Below are positions 25,614 through 39,014 of a stretch of 64,000 nt of DNA, piece after piece (positions within the stretch are counted from its first letter, which is position 1; each line of letters starts with the position of its first letter). A model generated the notes under the pieces. It saw only the letters and a program-made list of their open reading frames with translations. It was not told the origin of the DNA and did no database searches. The position numbers and the translations under genes were made by a program. The DNA lies in IMG/VR virus record IMGVR_UViG_3300033070_001497, positions 1 to 64,000 of that record. One strand, given 5' to 3'. This DNA comes from a virus. Taxonomy: Duplodnaviria; Caudoviricetes.

Positions 25614-26014
25614 TAGGCCGGATCTCTTCCGATTTGATAACCGAGCTCAGGCCAGGCGAGATCTTCGTGTTCGGCAGCAACCTTGCTGGCAGGCACGGGA
25701 AGGGCGCGGCCAGGCAGGCCCTCAAATGGGGCGCGAAGTGGGGCCAGGCCTCTGGCCTACAGGGTCGCACATACGGGATCCCTACCAAGGACAGGTCGGT
25801 GACGAGGGTGCTCTCGCTCGCTGAGATCAGGCCGTTCGTTCTCCAATTCATCGAGTTCGCAAAGTCCAGGCCCGAGCTCACGTTCCTGGTCACCGAGATC
25901 GGGTGCGGGCTGTCCAAGATGTCTCCGAAGGATATCGCTCCGATGTTCGAAGGGGCCGCCCACGTGGTGAACATCCACCTCCCTGCCAGGTTCTGGCGTA
26001 GATTGGAATCGTAG
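25610..26014 (+). CDS. A1S_2505-family phage protein (macro-like fold suspected)
   Basis: EIFVFGSNLAGRHGKGAA...TYGIPT...FLVTEIGCGL. Confidence 0.75.
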   Translation: MIGRISSDLITELRPGEIFVFGSNLAGRHGKGAARQALKWGAKWGQASGLQGRTYGIPTKDRSVTRVLSLAEIRPFVLQFIEFAKSRPELTFLVTEIGCGLSKMSPKDIAPMFEGAAHVVNIHLPARFWRRLES

Positions 26015-26035
26015 CCTAGCATAGGATGGAGGCCA

Positions 26036-26248
26036 ATGAGCTTCCACCGCCGCAAGATCACCATGGAATCGATCATCATGAGGGCGAACTCCACTTTTGA
26101 GGAGTTCGATCGCTACATGATGGCCGAAGCGTGCGTGTTCGCGGAGGATGGATCACATGTGATCTGGGAGACTTATAGGGCATCAGGGACAGACGAACGA
26201 ATCAACCTACATGCAACCTTCAGAACCAAAGCCAATAGTAAGCCTTGA
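26036..26248 (+). CDS. hypothetical protein
   Basis: Follows a GCATAGGA motif. Confidence 0.5.
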   Translation: MSFHRRKITMESIIMRANSTFEEFDRYMMAEACVFAEDGSHVIWETYRASGTDERINLHATFRTKANSKP

Positions 26249-26972
26249 CCTCGAGACCACTGGGCTCTCGACGTCCACCGATCGAATCGTGTCGATCTAC
26301 CTCCTGAAGACCCATCCAGACGGTCGCAAGGAGTCCATGGACCTTGTCCTGGACCCTGGGATCCACATCCCAGAGGAGACGGCGAGGATCCACGGCATCG
26401 ACGACGAGAAGGTACAGGGCTGCCCAAGGTTCGCGGACAAGGCGGATGACATCCTCGCTTTCATCGCCGGATGCGACCTCTCTGGCTACAACATCCGGTT
26501 CTTCGACCTCCCGTTCCTGTTCGAGGAGTTCAGTCGGGCCAAGAAGATCTTCAGGTACATGGACCACCGGATCATCGACTCGATGACGATCTGGTCGAAG
26601 AAGGAGCCACGCACCCTGACCGGCGCGGTCAAGCGCTACCTCGGCGAGGAGCTCATCGACGCCCACCAGGCCAAGGCGGACACCGAGGCCCAAGCAAGGG
26701 TGCTCGAGGCCCAACTCAAGGAGTACGATCTCACGATAGAGGAAGCCCATGCGCTCATGGAGCAAGAGCGCATGGTCGACCTCTCTGGCCGCTTCGCGTT
26801 CGACAAGGAAGGCGAAGCGGTGTACACGTTCGGGAAGAACAAGGGCAAGCAGGTCAAGGAAGTCGATCCGAGCTATCTCCAGTGGATGATCAATGAGGCC
26901 ACCATGCCCATCGATTCCAAGATCTTCGCACGCAAGTTCCTCAACTCCATCACCACAACACAGAAGGCCTGA
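26211..26972 (+). CDS. DEDDh 3'-5' exonuclease (DNA polymerase III epsilon-like)
   Basis: DLETTG, GYNIRFFDLPFL, AHQAKADT; C-terminal FGKNKGK...SYLQWM. Confidence 0.88.
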   Translation: MQPSEPKPIVSLDLETTGLSTSTDRIVSIYLLKTHPDGRKESMDLVLDPGIHIPEETARIHGIDDEKVQGCPRFADKADDILAFIAGCDLSGYNIRFFDLPFLFEEFSRAKKIFRYMDHRIIDSMTIWSKKEPRTLTGAVKRYLGEELIDAHQAKADTEAQARVLEAQLKEYDLTIEEAHALMEQERMVDLSGRFAFDKEGEAVYTFGKNKGKQVKEVDPSYLQWMINEATMPIDSKIFARKFLNSITTTQKA

Positions 26973-27436
26973 TGCTCGGCGACAAGCGCGTCTCTTTTGT
27001 CTGTGTGCTAGATAGCAACAACCGGTCGTACAAGGACCTCTCGAGGAGGGTCATGCACCACCAGGAAACCGTGACCCGGTTGATCAAGGAGTCGAACTGC
27101 CTTGTCGGGAGGAAGACACAGGAGATGTCCGGATGGAAGGGCAAGGGGCTTTGGGTCCTGACACGGGACAAGAAATGGAGAAGGAACCAGGTCAACGTCA
27201 CACACAGCCTGGACGATGCAAGGCTGCACATCCCTGGCGAGGAGTTGCACGTTCTCGGTGGGATCTCGTTGTTCAAACAGCTCGAGAGGCATGTCGACGA
27301 GTTCCTGATGTGGAACATCCACAAGAGCGATGGCAACGAGGATTGGATCGACCTGAACATGTCTGTGTGGGCGCCAGTGGGTTACCGCTCCCAAGAGAAT
27401 TGGGCCTACGCTAAGCTAGAACGGATCAGAAAATGA
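26972..27436 (+). CDS. divergent dihydrofolate reductase-like protein
   Basis: LVGRKT, WVLTRD, HSLDDA, HVLGGISLF; N-terminal active-site region is degenerate. Confidence 0.6.
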   Translation: MLGDKRVSFVCVLDSNNRSYKDLSRRVMHHQETVTRLIKESNCLVGRKTQEMSGWKGKGLWVLTRDKKWRRNQVNVTHSLDDARLHIPGEELHVLGGISLFKQLERHVDEFLMWNIHKSDGNEDWIDLNMSVWAPVGYRSQENWAYAKLERIRK

Positions 27437-27929
27437 AAGACTGGAAGAAATACACGATCGAGAAAGGGCACCACGTCAGCGAACCGACGACGATAGGTTT
27501 CCATGTTGGAACGTATCCATACCGGATGACGCGGACTGTCATGTTCGAAAGGAGCTGCGCATACGACCTTGGCAATACAGATCAGCTCGACACCAACAAG
27601 CTGTATGGGTTCTCTCACTGGAATCACATGCAGACCTCATTCCGATTCGGTTGGAGGTATGATTGCGCTAAGAAGTCGATCGAGGTGATGCCGTACATCA
27701 GGTTCTTCGGCAAGGAATACCACAACGCTTCGCTGTTCTTCGCCGAATTCGACTATGCCTATGAGACATCCATCTTCGTAGAAAGAGGATGGTGCACCTT
27801 TGGGTTTGGATCGGCCGAGACAGCAGTCCGAATCCCTGACATGAGCCGATTCAGGGTCGGCTATTTTCTGCGGCCGTACTTCGGCGGGAATGAGACGGCG
27901 CCACACAGCATGGAGATGTACATCAGGAA

Positions 27930-27933
<4 letters not shown>
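27433..27933 (+). CDS. hypothetical protein
   Basis: 166-aa ORF ending PYFGGNETAPH. Confidence 0.7.
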
Positions 27934-30664
<2,731 letters not shown>

Positions 30665-30997
30665 TTAGGTGATTTCTACTCCGAACGCAGAGAAACTGAC
30701 ATCGCCTACATCGCTATAACATCTCAGCACGTCGGTAGGTCCGAGTGTGAATCCAGTCGTCATCGAAAAAACGTCGTTTGGCATCAGTGGAAGATCGTAG
30801 TAGATGTACTGACTCGGGTCGTCTGCGGCGCCAGCAACGGCGACGCTCAATCGGAAGTTCGATGCGGTCGCTCCACAGTTACAGACCTGGATGGTGCTCA
30901 CTACCGCTTGGGTTGTGCCTCCTGGTACAATGTAAAGCGGCTGAAGAGATGCAGCGCTTGGGCTCAGCTGTCCTAATACCTTTCGTTGCTCTGGCAT
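30665..30997 (-). CDS. small virion/fibre-associated protein
   Basis: AATAGATA box at 31004-31011; KVLGQ..P...FSAFGVEIT. Confidence 0.75.
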   Translation of the reverse strand: MPEQRKVLGQLSPSAASLQPLYIVPGGTTQAVVSTIQVCNCGATASNFRLSVAVAGAADDPSQYIYYDLPLMPNDVFSMTTGFTLGPTDVLRCYSDVGDVSFSAFGVEIT

Positions 30998-31016
30998 TCG
31001 GCTTATCTATTGGTTA

Positions 31017-31526
31017 TCAGCCACCCATGAGCATGAGGACAGGCCAAACCATGAACTCTGAAGTGCCGGCTCCATTAGCACCAGTTGGGCCCTGGATTCC
31101 GGTAGCACCAGTCGCACCGGTCGCACCGGTCGAACCGGTCGAACCAGTTGGACCAGTCGAACCAGTTCCGCCAGGCCCAGTAACCCCAGTTGGGCCCGTC
31201 TCACCTTGTGGACCTGGAGGCCCAGTGTCGCCGGATGATCCAGTAACCCCAGTTGGGCCCGTCTCACCTTGTGGACCTGGAGGCCCAGCGTCGCCGGATG
31301 ATCTTGTTCCTGGATCTCCCTGCGCCCCAGTCTCTCCCTGTGGGCCCGTAGGGCCTGTTGGTCCAGCTCCTGCGGTCGCGCCTGGAAATTGGCCACTCTG
31401 GACATAGAAATAGAGCGAGTTCAACCAATCCAATGGTTGGCCAACCTCATCATAGAACCTGCCTTCCCAATACAGGACTACCCGACCTATTCCATGTAAT
31501 GGCACTCCGTATGTATTGGCGTGCAT
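31017..31526 (-). CDS. short collagen-like protein
   Basis: G-X-Y repeats; start uncertain. Confidence 0.7.
   Translation of the reverse strand: MHANTYGVPLHGIGRVVLYWEGRFYDEVGQPLDWLNSLYFYVQSGQFPGATAGAGPTGPTGPQGETGAQGDPGTRSSGDAGPPGPQGETGPTGVTGSSGDTGPPGPQGETGPTGVTGPGGTGSTGPTGSTGSTGATGATGATGIQGPTGANGAGTSEFMVWPVLMLMGG
31177..31302. repeat. 63-bp tandem duplication
   Basis: 31177-31239 versus 31240-31302, one mismatch. Confidence 0.85.
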
Positions 31527-31535
31527 AGAAATCCC

Positions 31536-32027
31536 ATGAGCCACCAACACAATAGGATAGTCCTAGCAGGAAAGGCTGCGAGCGGAAAGGACCACCTTCG
31601 AAAGAGGATGGAATCCCGAGGCTTCGTCTACGGGCCATCCTGGACCACAAGGCCAATGAGGCCTGGGGAAGTCGATGGAGTGGATTACCACTTCATCGAG
31701 CCAGATACTTTCCAGGCCATGATCGAGACCGGCCAATTCTATGAGTGGGTCACTTTCAATGGATGGCACTATGGCACTTCGAACGACCAGTGGTATGGCG
31801 AATGCAATCTGTTCATCATGACCCCACATGGGGTCTCGAAGATCAAACCGGAAGACAGACCAACCACTTTCATCATCTTCACTGACATCGATCAGGAGAT
31901 CAGGAGGGAAAGGCTTTTGGCGAGGAACGACAACAACGATAAGATCGAGAGAAGGATCCAGGCAGACGAAATCGACTTTGCCAACTTCACGGACTTCGAT
32001 CTTCGAATCAAGGATCCAAACTTTTGA
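31536..32027 (+). CDS. gmk: guanylate kinase-like protein
   Basis: [30 protein letters not shown]. Confidence 0.88.
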   Translation: MSHQHNRIVLAGKAASGKDHLRKRMESRGFVYGPSWTTRPMRPGEVDGVDYHFIEPDTFQAMIETGQFYEWVTFNGWHYGTSNDQWYGECNLFIMTPHGVSKIKPEDRPTTFIIFTDIDQEIRRERLLARNDNNDKIERRIQADEIDFANFTDFDLRIKDPNF

Positions 32028-32031
32028 CAGG

Positions 32032-32430
32032 ATGAGGAAATCAAGCGGAGTGAGAATCGGTAGCGAATGGGATGCGATCATCCTCAGGCCTATCATGATC
32101 GGATGGAACGTCGAAGAACAGATCACGAATTCCAGGACGTCGACGACGACCTTCGTGAAGATGGGCAAGATCCACCACAGGGCCGAGCCGTCGAAGATCT
32201 ACATCACGTTCTACGAGTTCAACAGGCGCACCATGCCCAGCGAACCGAGGTTCCGAGTGAAAGCTGGCAGGAACGTGCAGCCATGTGAGGGTCTCCACTC
32301 TTTCAACGACCTGAAATCGGCCACTGACTACATCACGTACCTGGCCGATTCGACAGATCGTTGGATCGAGAAAGTGAACTCCGACGAGACGGTCACCGCG
32401 TACGAGAAACGATTCCCGCTCGAACAGTGA
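32032..32430 (+). CDS. hypothetical protein
   Basis: Start placed at ATG 32032, after gmk. Confidence 0.6.
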   Translation: MRKSSGVRIGSEWDAIILRPIMIGWNVEEQITNSRTSTTTFVKMGKIHHRAEPSKIYITFYEFNRRTMPSEPRFRVKAGRNVQPCEGLHSFNDLKSATDYITYLADSTDRWIEKVNSDETVTAYEKRFPLEQ

Positions 32431-32864
32431 TCATCTACCAAGGGACTCCACAGGGCCATAACGCATGGATCGCTGGCTTATTGGCCAGCGAGCTTGGGTG
32501 CGAGCAGAGGAACATCGCTGATGGCCCAAAATGGGCGGCAGAGAACCCCAAGAGGGTGATCATGATCGTGCCGGAATGGAACGGATCCTTTCCATTCACG
32601 TTCAAGCAGATGATCGATGAATCCGGGTACCCATCGTTCTTCAGTGGGATGGGATTCGCAATAGTAGGAACGTCGTCCTCGCCATTGGGCAACATGGTCG
32701 GGATCTCACACCTGAGCCACATACTTCAGTTCGTTGGAGCGCTGCCGTTCCACAAGTGTATCGCGCTGCCTGACGTCAGCTCGGAATCGCCGAAGCTCGC
32801 CAACTTCGCTTCCTACTCCGGTCAGACCCTGGCCGAGTCGCTCAAAAAGAGTTTCCTCGGATAG
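32427..32864 (+). CDS. NAD(P)H-dependent FMN reductase-like flavodoxin
   Basis: IVPEWNGSFPFTFKQMID, IVGTSS..LG. Confidence 0.7.
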   Translation: MIIYQGTPQGHNAWIAGLLASELGCEQRNIADGPKWAAENPKRVIMIVPEWNGSFPFTFKQMIDESGYPSFFSGMGFAIVGTSSSPLGNMVGISHLSHILQFVGALPFHKCIALPDVSSESPKLANFASYSGQTLAESLKKSFLG

Positions 32865-32888
32865 CCAGAAAGGTGTAGATTTGCACCC

Positions 32889-34775
32889 ATGGCAGAAGCA
32901 ACCGCAGTCTCGCACCTCGAGAAGCTCGAGGGCGAGTACCTTCAGGCCAAACAGGCCTACTACAACGGTGCTCCGATCATGACGGACGCCGAGTTCGACG
33001 AGCTCGAGGATCAGCTTGTGGCTCTCAATTCCACAGTCACCACGAAAGTAGGTGCGGTCGGAAGCTACGACCGCAAGCACCCTTCGCCGATGCTCTCGCT
33101 CTCGAAGATCATGGTGATGGAAGACGACAAGCTGCCGATCGAGCAGTTCGAGAAATGGGCGTCCAAGGTGCCCGGGCCCACGCAATTCGAATACACACCC
33201 AAGCTGGATGGCTCATCGTGCAACTTGGTCTACATCAACGGCCAACTCGATTCAGCCATAACTCGAGGAGACGGCATCCATGGCACGGACATCACCGCCA
33301 AGATGCGGATGATCGTGCCGCACTCGATCTCGTGCACCGACCGAGTGGAGATCCGAGGCGAGGTGGTCATCAGGTCTGACATCTTCGCTCTGAAGTACCA
33401 GAAGGATTACAAGAACCCAAGGAACTTTGTGGCCGGTGTGTTGGGCCGCAAGGAGGACTTCGACGAGGCGAAGGACTTCACCTTCATCGCCTTCGAGGCG
33501 AGGATCCACAAGGATGGTGAGATCCAGTATGTGAAGATCGAAAGCGTCGATGGGAACGGCAACGTCGGAAGCTCCAATTTCAACCTCCCATACAGCTTCA
33601 TCGCGACGGCCAATGAATTCGATAAGGCATATCGGACGATGCTCTCGCATCGCATCGATTCATCCCTATTCCAGCTCGATGGATTCGTCGTCAAGTATCC
33701 ATACATCCATCGGGCCGATCTCGGAGAAAATGACCACGACCCAAACTGGGCAGTGGCCATCAAATTCCCACCGAAGGAAGCGATCACCGACGTGATCGGG
33801 CTCGAGTGGAACGTTGGATCCACATCAGAACTCTGCCCAGTGGCGGTGCTGAGGCCGGTGTTCCTCGATGGAACCGAGGTCTCACGGGTGTCAGTCTACA
33901 ACTACGGCAATGTCTCCAAGCTCGGCCTCTATCCGGGTGCAAGAGTGGCCATTGCCAAGTCTGGCGACATCATCCCGATCGTCAAGCGTGTGATCACACC
34001 GAGCACCAATGGGTCGGCGCCAGCCAGGTGCACATGTGGATCCGTCACAGAGATCGATGGCATCCACGTCTATTGCACAGGCGACACATGCGGAGATCGT
34101 GACCTGGTCAAGATCCGTCGAGGCCTCACTCTCCTCGGCGTCAAGAACTTCGGCGACAGCACGGTAGAGCGCCTGATGCAAGCCGGGATCAAGCGCATCC
34201 AGGACTACTTCGACGCTTCGAAGTTCAACAAGCTGGCGCTCATCAACAGCGGTCTCTTCAAGCCAGGACGCTCGCTCGACATCATTTTCGATTCCTTCAA
34301 CGAGCGCAAGCCACTCACACTTGACCTCGCTATCGTGATCCTCCAGTTCGACGGCGTCGGTCGAACGATCTCGAAGGCCATCGCCCAGCACATGGTCGGC
34401 GGCACACCTGACTTCAGTGGTATGACCAAGGAGGTGCTCGCAAGGATGCTGAGCCCGATCTCGGAAGAATCTCGAGCGGTGCGCGCGTTCCTCACTTTGC
34501 TCTCCGACAACGGGCACAAGGTCGAGAACCCCAAGAAGGTGAGCGCAGATGCCATCAAGATCGAGATGACCGGTTCACCGAAACCGCACTGGAACACGAA
34601 AGACGCGCTCATGGCCGAGCTCGCTGCCAAGAATGTGATCCACCATGGCCTCAAGCCAGACACCACCTACCTGGTCACAGACGACAAGAACTCCACTTCA
34701 TCCAAGATGGCCAAAGCCGCCAAACTCGGAGTCAAGGTGATCACCTACGCTGAGCTCAAATCCATCATCGCATAG
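32889..34775 (+). CDS. ligA: NAD-dependent DNA ligase
   Basis: AYYNG...DAEFD, PKLDG, TRGDG, EIRGE, DGFVVK, AIKF, SGDIIP, C-terminal BRCT. Confidence 0.93.
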   Translation: MAEATAVSHLEKLEGEYLQAKQAYYNGAPIMTDAEFDELEDQLVALNSTVTTKVGAVGSYDRKHPSPMLSLSKIMVMEDDKLPIEQFEKWASKVPGPTQFEYTPKLDGSSCNLVYINGQLDSAITRGDGIHGTDITAKMRMIVPHSISCTDRVEIRGEVVIRSDIFALKYQKDYKNPRNFVAGVLGRKEDFDEAKDFTFIAFEARIHKDGEIQYVKIESVDGNGNVGSSNFNLPYSFIATANEFDKAYRTMLSHRIDSSLFQLDGFVVKYPYIHRADLGENDHDPNWAVAIKFPPKEAITDVIGLEWNVGSTSELCPVAVLRPVFLDGTEVSRVSVYNYGNVSKLGLYPGARVAIAKSGDIIPIVKRVITPSTNGSAPARCTCGSVTEIDGIHVYCTGDTCGDRDLVKIRRGLTLLGVKNFGDSTVERLMQAGIKRIQDYFDASKFNKLALINSGLFKPGRSLDIIFDSFNERKPLTLDLAIVILQFDGVGRTISKAIAQHMVGGTPDFSGMTKEVLARMLSPISEESRAVRAFLTLLSDNGHKVENPKKVSADAIKIEMTGSPKPHWNTKDALMAELAAKNVIHHGLKPDTTYLVTDDKNSTSSKMAKAAKLGVKVITYAELKSIIA

Positions 34776-34778
34776 CAC

Positions 34779-35351
34779 TTGAAAGGGAAGAGAATCGTGA
34801 AGGTGTGGACCACTGCTGATCTGAAAATCATCAGGGACAACTGGAGAACGCAAACCGACGACGAGTTAGCGGTTGCGCTTGGAGTATCCTATAAAGCGCT
34901 ACAGGCTCAGAGGTTGCGGATCGGCATCAACAGGCCACCCAACTGTTCAGGCCTTGTCAGGGCCAAAATGGCTCCCAAGAAACCGTCACCTAAGAAGGGA
35001 AAGCCTTTCACTTCCACCAGAAAGGGGAGAAAGATGAGGATGATCAGCGTCTTCTATCCTGACGGAACGAAGAAGACCATGACCTATGGGAAGTACCTGT
35101 GGATCAGAGAGAATGGTCCGCTTTCGGAAGGCAAAGAGCTGATGTTCCTGGACGGAAACGCTCTCAACACGAAAATGAGCAACCTGGCTCCGATGACTCG
35201 CAGCGAGGGAGCCCGGTACACACAGCTCAGAAGATCCACTGAGGAGAGGAGAGCCGCAGCGGCAAGGATGGTGGCGAAGCAAAAAAAGGCTAAGATGCTA
35301 CGGCTGTATCTCGAACACAAGCCCTACGAGTTCAAAAGAGAAGCCGCTTGA
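34779..35351 (+). CDS. basic DNA-binding protein with degenerate HNH motif
   Basis: WTTAD...LA..LG helix-turn-helix; FLDGNALNTKMSNL. Confidence 0.6.
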   Translation: MKGKRIVKVWTTADLKIIRDNWRTQTDDELAVALGVSYKALQAQRLRIGINRPPNCSGLVRAKMAPKKPSPKKGKPFTSTRKGRKMRMISVFYPDGTKKTMTYGKYLWIRENGPLSEGKELMFLDGNALNTKMSNLAPMTRSEGARYTQLRRSTEERRAAAARMVAKQKKAKMLRLYLEHKPYEFKREAA

Positions 35352-35425
35352 TCAGAAGTTGATCTGGGAGATCGGTTTTTGCTTCGATGAATGGCGCTTC
35401 AAGGATTGGAACGTATCGATCCCAA

Positions 35426-35860
35426 TCAATTGTCTGCTAGCTCATCCAGCTTCTTGTCAGAGATCACGATGTTGTCGGTCGGCTTGCCGTTGACAGTGGC
35501 CGAGAAGTAAGCGAAGAGGAAAGTCTTCGTCTGGTACACCTCGACCGTGATGTTCTTACCGGCGTGGCAAGGATCCGACAGGTCGAACTTCTTGATGCGA
35601 TCCGCCTTCTCCTTGTCGATGAGTTCCATGAACATACCGATCCCGTCCTCATCGTTCAGGTTATTGGCGTGTGCGAGCTCCTCTGGCTTGAGGTGTAGAG
35701 CCTTAGAGATCGAGTTCATGATCGCCTCACTCTTGGCCTTGTCTCCTCCCTCAAACACCTCATCGGTCGCTTCCTTCAAGTCAGTCCACTGACGGAGCGC
35801 GATGTCGGCAAATGATTCGTTGAGCTTGCGGTATTCGTCCAACCTGAGGAGGCGTCCCAT
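35426..35860 (-). CDS. hypothetical protein, putative internal head protein
   Basis: MGRLLRLDEYRKLNES; GATAGATA box upstream. Confidence 0.7.
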   Translation of the reverse strand: MGRLLRLDEYRKLNESFADIALRQWTDLKEATDEVFEGGDKAKSEAIMNSISKALHLKPEELAHANNLNDEDGIGMFMELIDKEKADRIKKFDLSDPCHAGKNITVEVYQTKTFLFAYFSATVNGKPTDNIVISDKKLDELADN

Positions 35861-35947
35861 GGCAGTAAGGTGTTTGGTTCGTAAGTCCGATATCTATCGC
35901 CAGCTGGATTCTACTGGCATAGGATAGCTGTAAACATAGCAATTTGC

Positions 35948-36760
35948 ATGACACGGAGAAAATCCTTCAGTGGGGTCAGCTATGACCACCTCTACCATGA
36001 GATCCTGGACGAGATCGATCGCAATCCCGAGTACTCTGGCGAGGCCAGGGGCAAGGGCTTCAAGGAGATCAGCAACCTGTCCTTCGAGCTCCTGAACCCA
36101 GTCGACCACTACCAGGTCTTCAATCGAGAGAGGAACTTCAATCTCGGATTCGCCGAGAAGTTCTTCGCGTGGATGATGTCCGGCGATTCCGATATCACGA
36201 AGCTCACTGGGGTTAACCCGAACGCCAAGAACTACATGGCAGAAGGCGAGCTCCCAGACAACTTCAACACGGCGTATGGACCGAGGATAGTTCGCCAGCT
36301 CCCAAGGGTCATCCAGCTCCTGAAAGAGGACCCAGGGACCAGGAGGGCAGTGATCCACATCCTCGAGGAAGGCGACAAGGTGATCTGGGACGTGGAGACC
36401 AAGCTCGAATACCCTTGCACACACGCTTACCAGTTCATGATCAGGGATGGGGCCCTCAACCTCTATGTCCTGATGCGATCGAACAACATGGTCCTGACCG
36501 TGTGCTACGATGTGTGGAATACGGCCAAGCTGCTGCAACACGTCGCGAAGGAGGTTGGTGTCGATGTGGGCACGCTCAACTTCAATTGCACGTCGGCCCA
36601 CTTCTTCTCTGACGAACAGGAGCTCGTGACGAAGGTCCTGCGATCATGGCGAGCTGAACAAAAATACTACGGTGTACAGGCCGAAAGGCTGGCAGCTGAC
36701 ATAGATTCCCAGATCCTTTCTGACATGCTTAAAGAAATCCAAGACGAAACCCAACAATGA
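35948..36760 (+). CDS. thymidylate-synthase-fold dCMP hydroxymethylase-like enzyme
   Basis: AYGPRI, TRRAV, YPCT...QFMIR..L...MRSNN...CYDV (Asp at the base-specificity position), SAHF. Confidence 0.75.
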   Translation: MTRRKSFSGVSYDHLYHEILDEIDRNPEYSGEARGKGFKEISNLSFELLNPVDHYQVFNRERNFNLGFAEKFFAWMMSGDSDITKLTGVNPNAKNYMAEGELPDNFNTAYGPRIVRQLPRVIQLLKEDPGTRRAVIHILEEGDKVIWDVETKLEYPCTHAYQFMIRDGALNLYVLMRSNNMVLTVCYDVWNTAKLLQHVAKEVGVDVGTLNFNCTSAHFFSDEQELVTKVLRSWRAEQKYYGVQAERLAADIDSQILSDMLKEIQDETQQ

Positions 36761-38049
36761 AGATCTTCTACGCTGTCCAGATGTCCAACTTCACGTTGGA
36801 CAACGGCACTCCCAAGTGGCTCATGCGCAACGATGCTTGTGTCAACATCTGTGTCGGCATCGTCTCGACGCTGCTCGAGCGGTACCCAGACTTCAGCTTT
36901 CTCATCAAGCTGCCACCGGCAGCTGATACCTCCGATGTGAAGAACCTCGATGACCTGTTCGAGGCAAAATACCTCAGCAGGATCGAGTTCTATCGGGAGA
37001 CGATCCCAGTCTCGCCGGTCACGAGCAGGTTCAACTTTGACTTCGGCTTCCACCAGAAGCACGCAACCGAGTTCAAGGACGTGGACGTGATGATCAATGA
37101 CGAGAACACTCTCGCGAAGAACTGGCGACACTTCTTCAAGTCCATCGGCAAGGACATCCCGATGGTGACTACCAACTACTTCCTAGACTCGCCGATCCTA
37201 CCGAAGAGCGAGTTCAAGCTCAGGTACTATGAGCGCCAGGTGGAGTCCATGTTCTGCTCAGAAGCGTTTGCGTTCCCAGTCGAGGCAGCTATGAAGGATG
37301 CTCTCGAGGCCATCGATCTCCTCTATCGGAACAGGGATGGCATGGGCAAGCCCTTGGTCTGGGGAATCGGCGCTTACTACGGTGAGGTGGCGAAGTACCA
37401 CTCACCAAAGAGGAAGGAGCGTCCCATCATCTACTTCGGCAACAGGATCACGGATTCCGTCAACCGGTACACGAACTGGCACTCGTTCGCTGAGGCTATC
37501 GGTAAGCTCTCCGAACTAGTCGATCCGAGCACGTTCGAGGCGGTGATGCTCAACCCAACCAGGAAGGCCACGAACTCACAGCTGAAGGAGATCAACTACC
37601 TCTCGAAGGGACATGTCAGGGTCATCTCCAACGAAGACGCTGGGTTCACACGAGAGCAGTACCTCAAGTTCATCAACGAGGCCAGCATCTCGTGCAACAT
37701 CTTCACAGGCGAGGTCCATGGCGGGTGCACACACATCGAGGCGATGATGGCTCGCAACATCATGGTGGCTCCAGCGATCAACGACTACCTCCATAAGTAC
37801 AAGGACAGCGGTAAGCTCGATGGTTACCCATTCCTGTTCGAGTGCGATGGGAAGACGATCGACACCGATCTCATGGCACAGAAGCTCCAATTGGCGCTCG
37901 AGGTGGTCAATACTGACGGCGCAAGCACATTACCGTTCTTCGGCCAACTGAACGAGAAGCTCGCGATCGAGTACGAGTCCTATGAGCGCTTCGCTGAGAA
38001 GATCGGTCAGGATTTGTTAGATTTGGTGCCAATGAAAGCGTTGGCCTGA
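36757..38049 (+). CDS. GT-B fold glycosyltransferase (putative DNA glycosyltransferase)
   Basis: IYFGNRI...YTNW, REQYLKFI, EVHGGCTHIEAM; coupled to the hydroxymethylase-like gene. Confidence 0.65.
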   Translation: MKIFYAVQMSNFTLDNGTPKWLMRNDACVNICVGIVSTLLERYPDFSFLIKLPPAADTSDVKNLDDLFEAKYLSRIEFYRETIPVSPVTSRFNFDFGFHQKHATEFKDVDVMINDENTLAKNWRHFFKSIGKDIPMVTTNYFLDSPILPKSEFKLRYYERQVESMFCSEAFAFPVEAAMKDALEAIDLLYRNRDGMGKPLVWGIGAYYGEVAKYHSPKRKERPIIYFGNRITDSVNRYTNWHSFAEAIGKLSELVDPSTFEAVMLNPTRKATNSQLKEINYLSKGHVRVISNEDAGFTREQYLKFINEASISCNIFTGEVHGGCTHIEAMMARNIMVAPAINDYLHKYKDSGKLDGYPFLFECDGKTIDTDLMAQKLQLALEVVNTDGASTLPFFGQLNEKLAIEYESYERFAEKIGQDLLDLVPMKALA

Positions 38050-38564
38050 TGGCAAGGATCATCATACTCGACGGTCCTAGCAGGACCGGTAAGAGCACGA
38101 TCACAGATTACCTGTGCAACACCTTCGGGTGGAAGCACGTTCAGATCGAGGAGCGTAGGCCTAAGGGCTACGACCTGAGGTCATTCTACAAGGGCATCTG
38201 GGACGCGACGGTGTCCGTGCTGAACCAGTTCAACGACGAGACGTTCGTGATGGACAGGTTCATCTTCACTGAGCTGGCCTATGCCAAGGTCCTCAACCGT
38301 GAACCTTGCATCACAAGGGATGATGTCTTGGGCGTGCTCATCAACCACGAAGTCAAGGTGTTCTACCTGACCAACACGTACGACGAGTACAGGCAACGCT
38401 CGCCCAAGGAAGGCTACACCAGGAAACAGCACGACGACCTGCTGAAAGCGTTCGAGGACCTGTTCTTCGAGTTCAACGTGGAGCCGATAAGGATAGCGAC
38501 TTCTGGGGTTGGCATCGACCAAATTCGGGAGCGCATAGAAGACGAACTTGTAGCAAGCGAATGA
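38049..38564 (+). CDS. dNMP (thymidylate-like) kinase
   Basis: IILDGPSRTGKST, MDRFIFTELAY. Confidence 0.8.
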   Translation: MARIIILDGPSRTGKSTITDYLCNTFGWKHVQIEERRPKGYDLRSFYKGIWDATVSVLNQFNDETFVMDRFIFTELAYAKVLNREPCITRDDVLGVLINHEVKVFYLTNTYDEYRQRSPKEGYTRKQHDDLLKAFEDLFFEFNVEPIRIATSGVGIDQIRERIEDELVASE

Positions 38565-38971
38565 GAGCAACGATCATCTATGGAGCGGATGTGCCAGGAA
38601 TCGGCATGTCGATGGTAAGGAACGCCATTTCCCGTGGCAGCTACGTCTTTGGCATCCAAGGGTTGGAGAACCCAGAGCCGATCATCGACGATGAGAACTA
38701 CAACTGCCTTAGCATCGAGCTCGATGATACCGAGACGATGATCCATGCCATGAAATCGATCTGCGATGATGCATCGGTCAAGGTGGAAGAGGTAGTCTAC
38801 GTCGAGACTGGCAAACCGATGGCAGACAACGCTCTCAAGGCGATCTTCAAGAGCTACTGCGACTCTTACCTCGAAGGAGCGGCATTCTTGGACTCTTCAC
38901 ACCCAATCGCTAGGGCGCATGGCGATCCTGTCGGTCTAACAGGGCCAAATGGCCCTTCTGGCAAGGAGTAG
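38561..38971 (+). CDS. truncated SDR/Rossmann-like protein
   Basis: IIYGADVPGIG.....ISRGSYVFG N-terminus. Confidence 0.45.
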   Translation: MRATIIYGADVPGIGMSMVRNAISRGSYVFGIQGLENPEPIIDDENYNCLSIELDDTETMIHAMKSICDDASVKVEEVVYVETGKPMADNALKAIFKSYCDSYLEGAAFLDSSHPIARAHGDPVGLTGPNGPSGKE

Positions 38972-39014
38972 TTCTCGGTTTGAGGGGTGGGTGTTACATT
39001 AGCGCCCAAGGCGC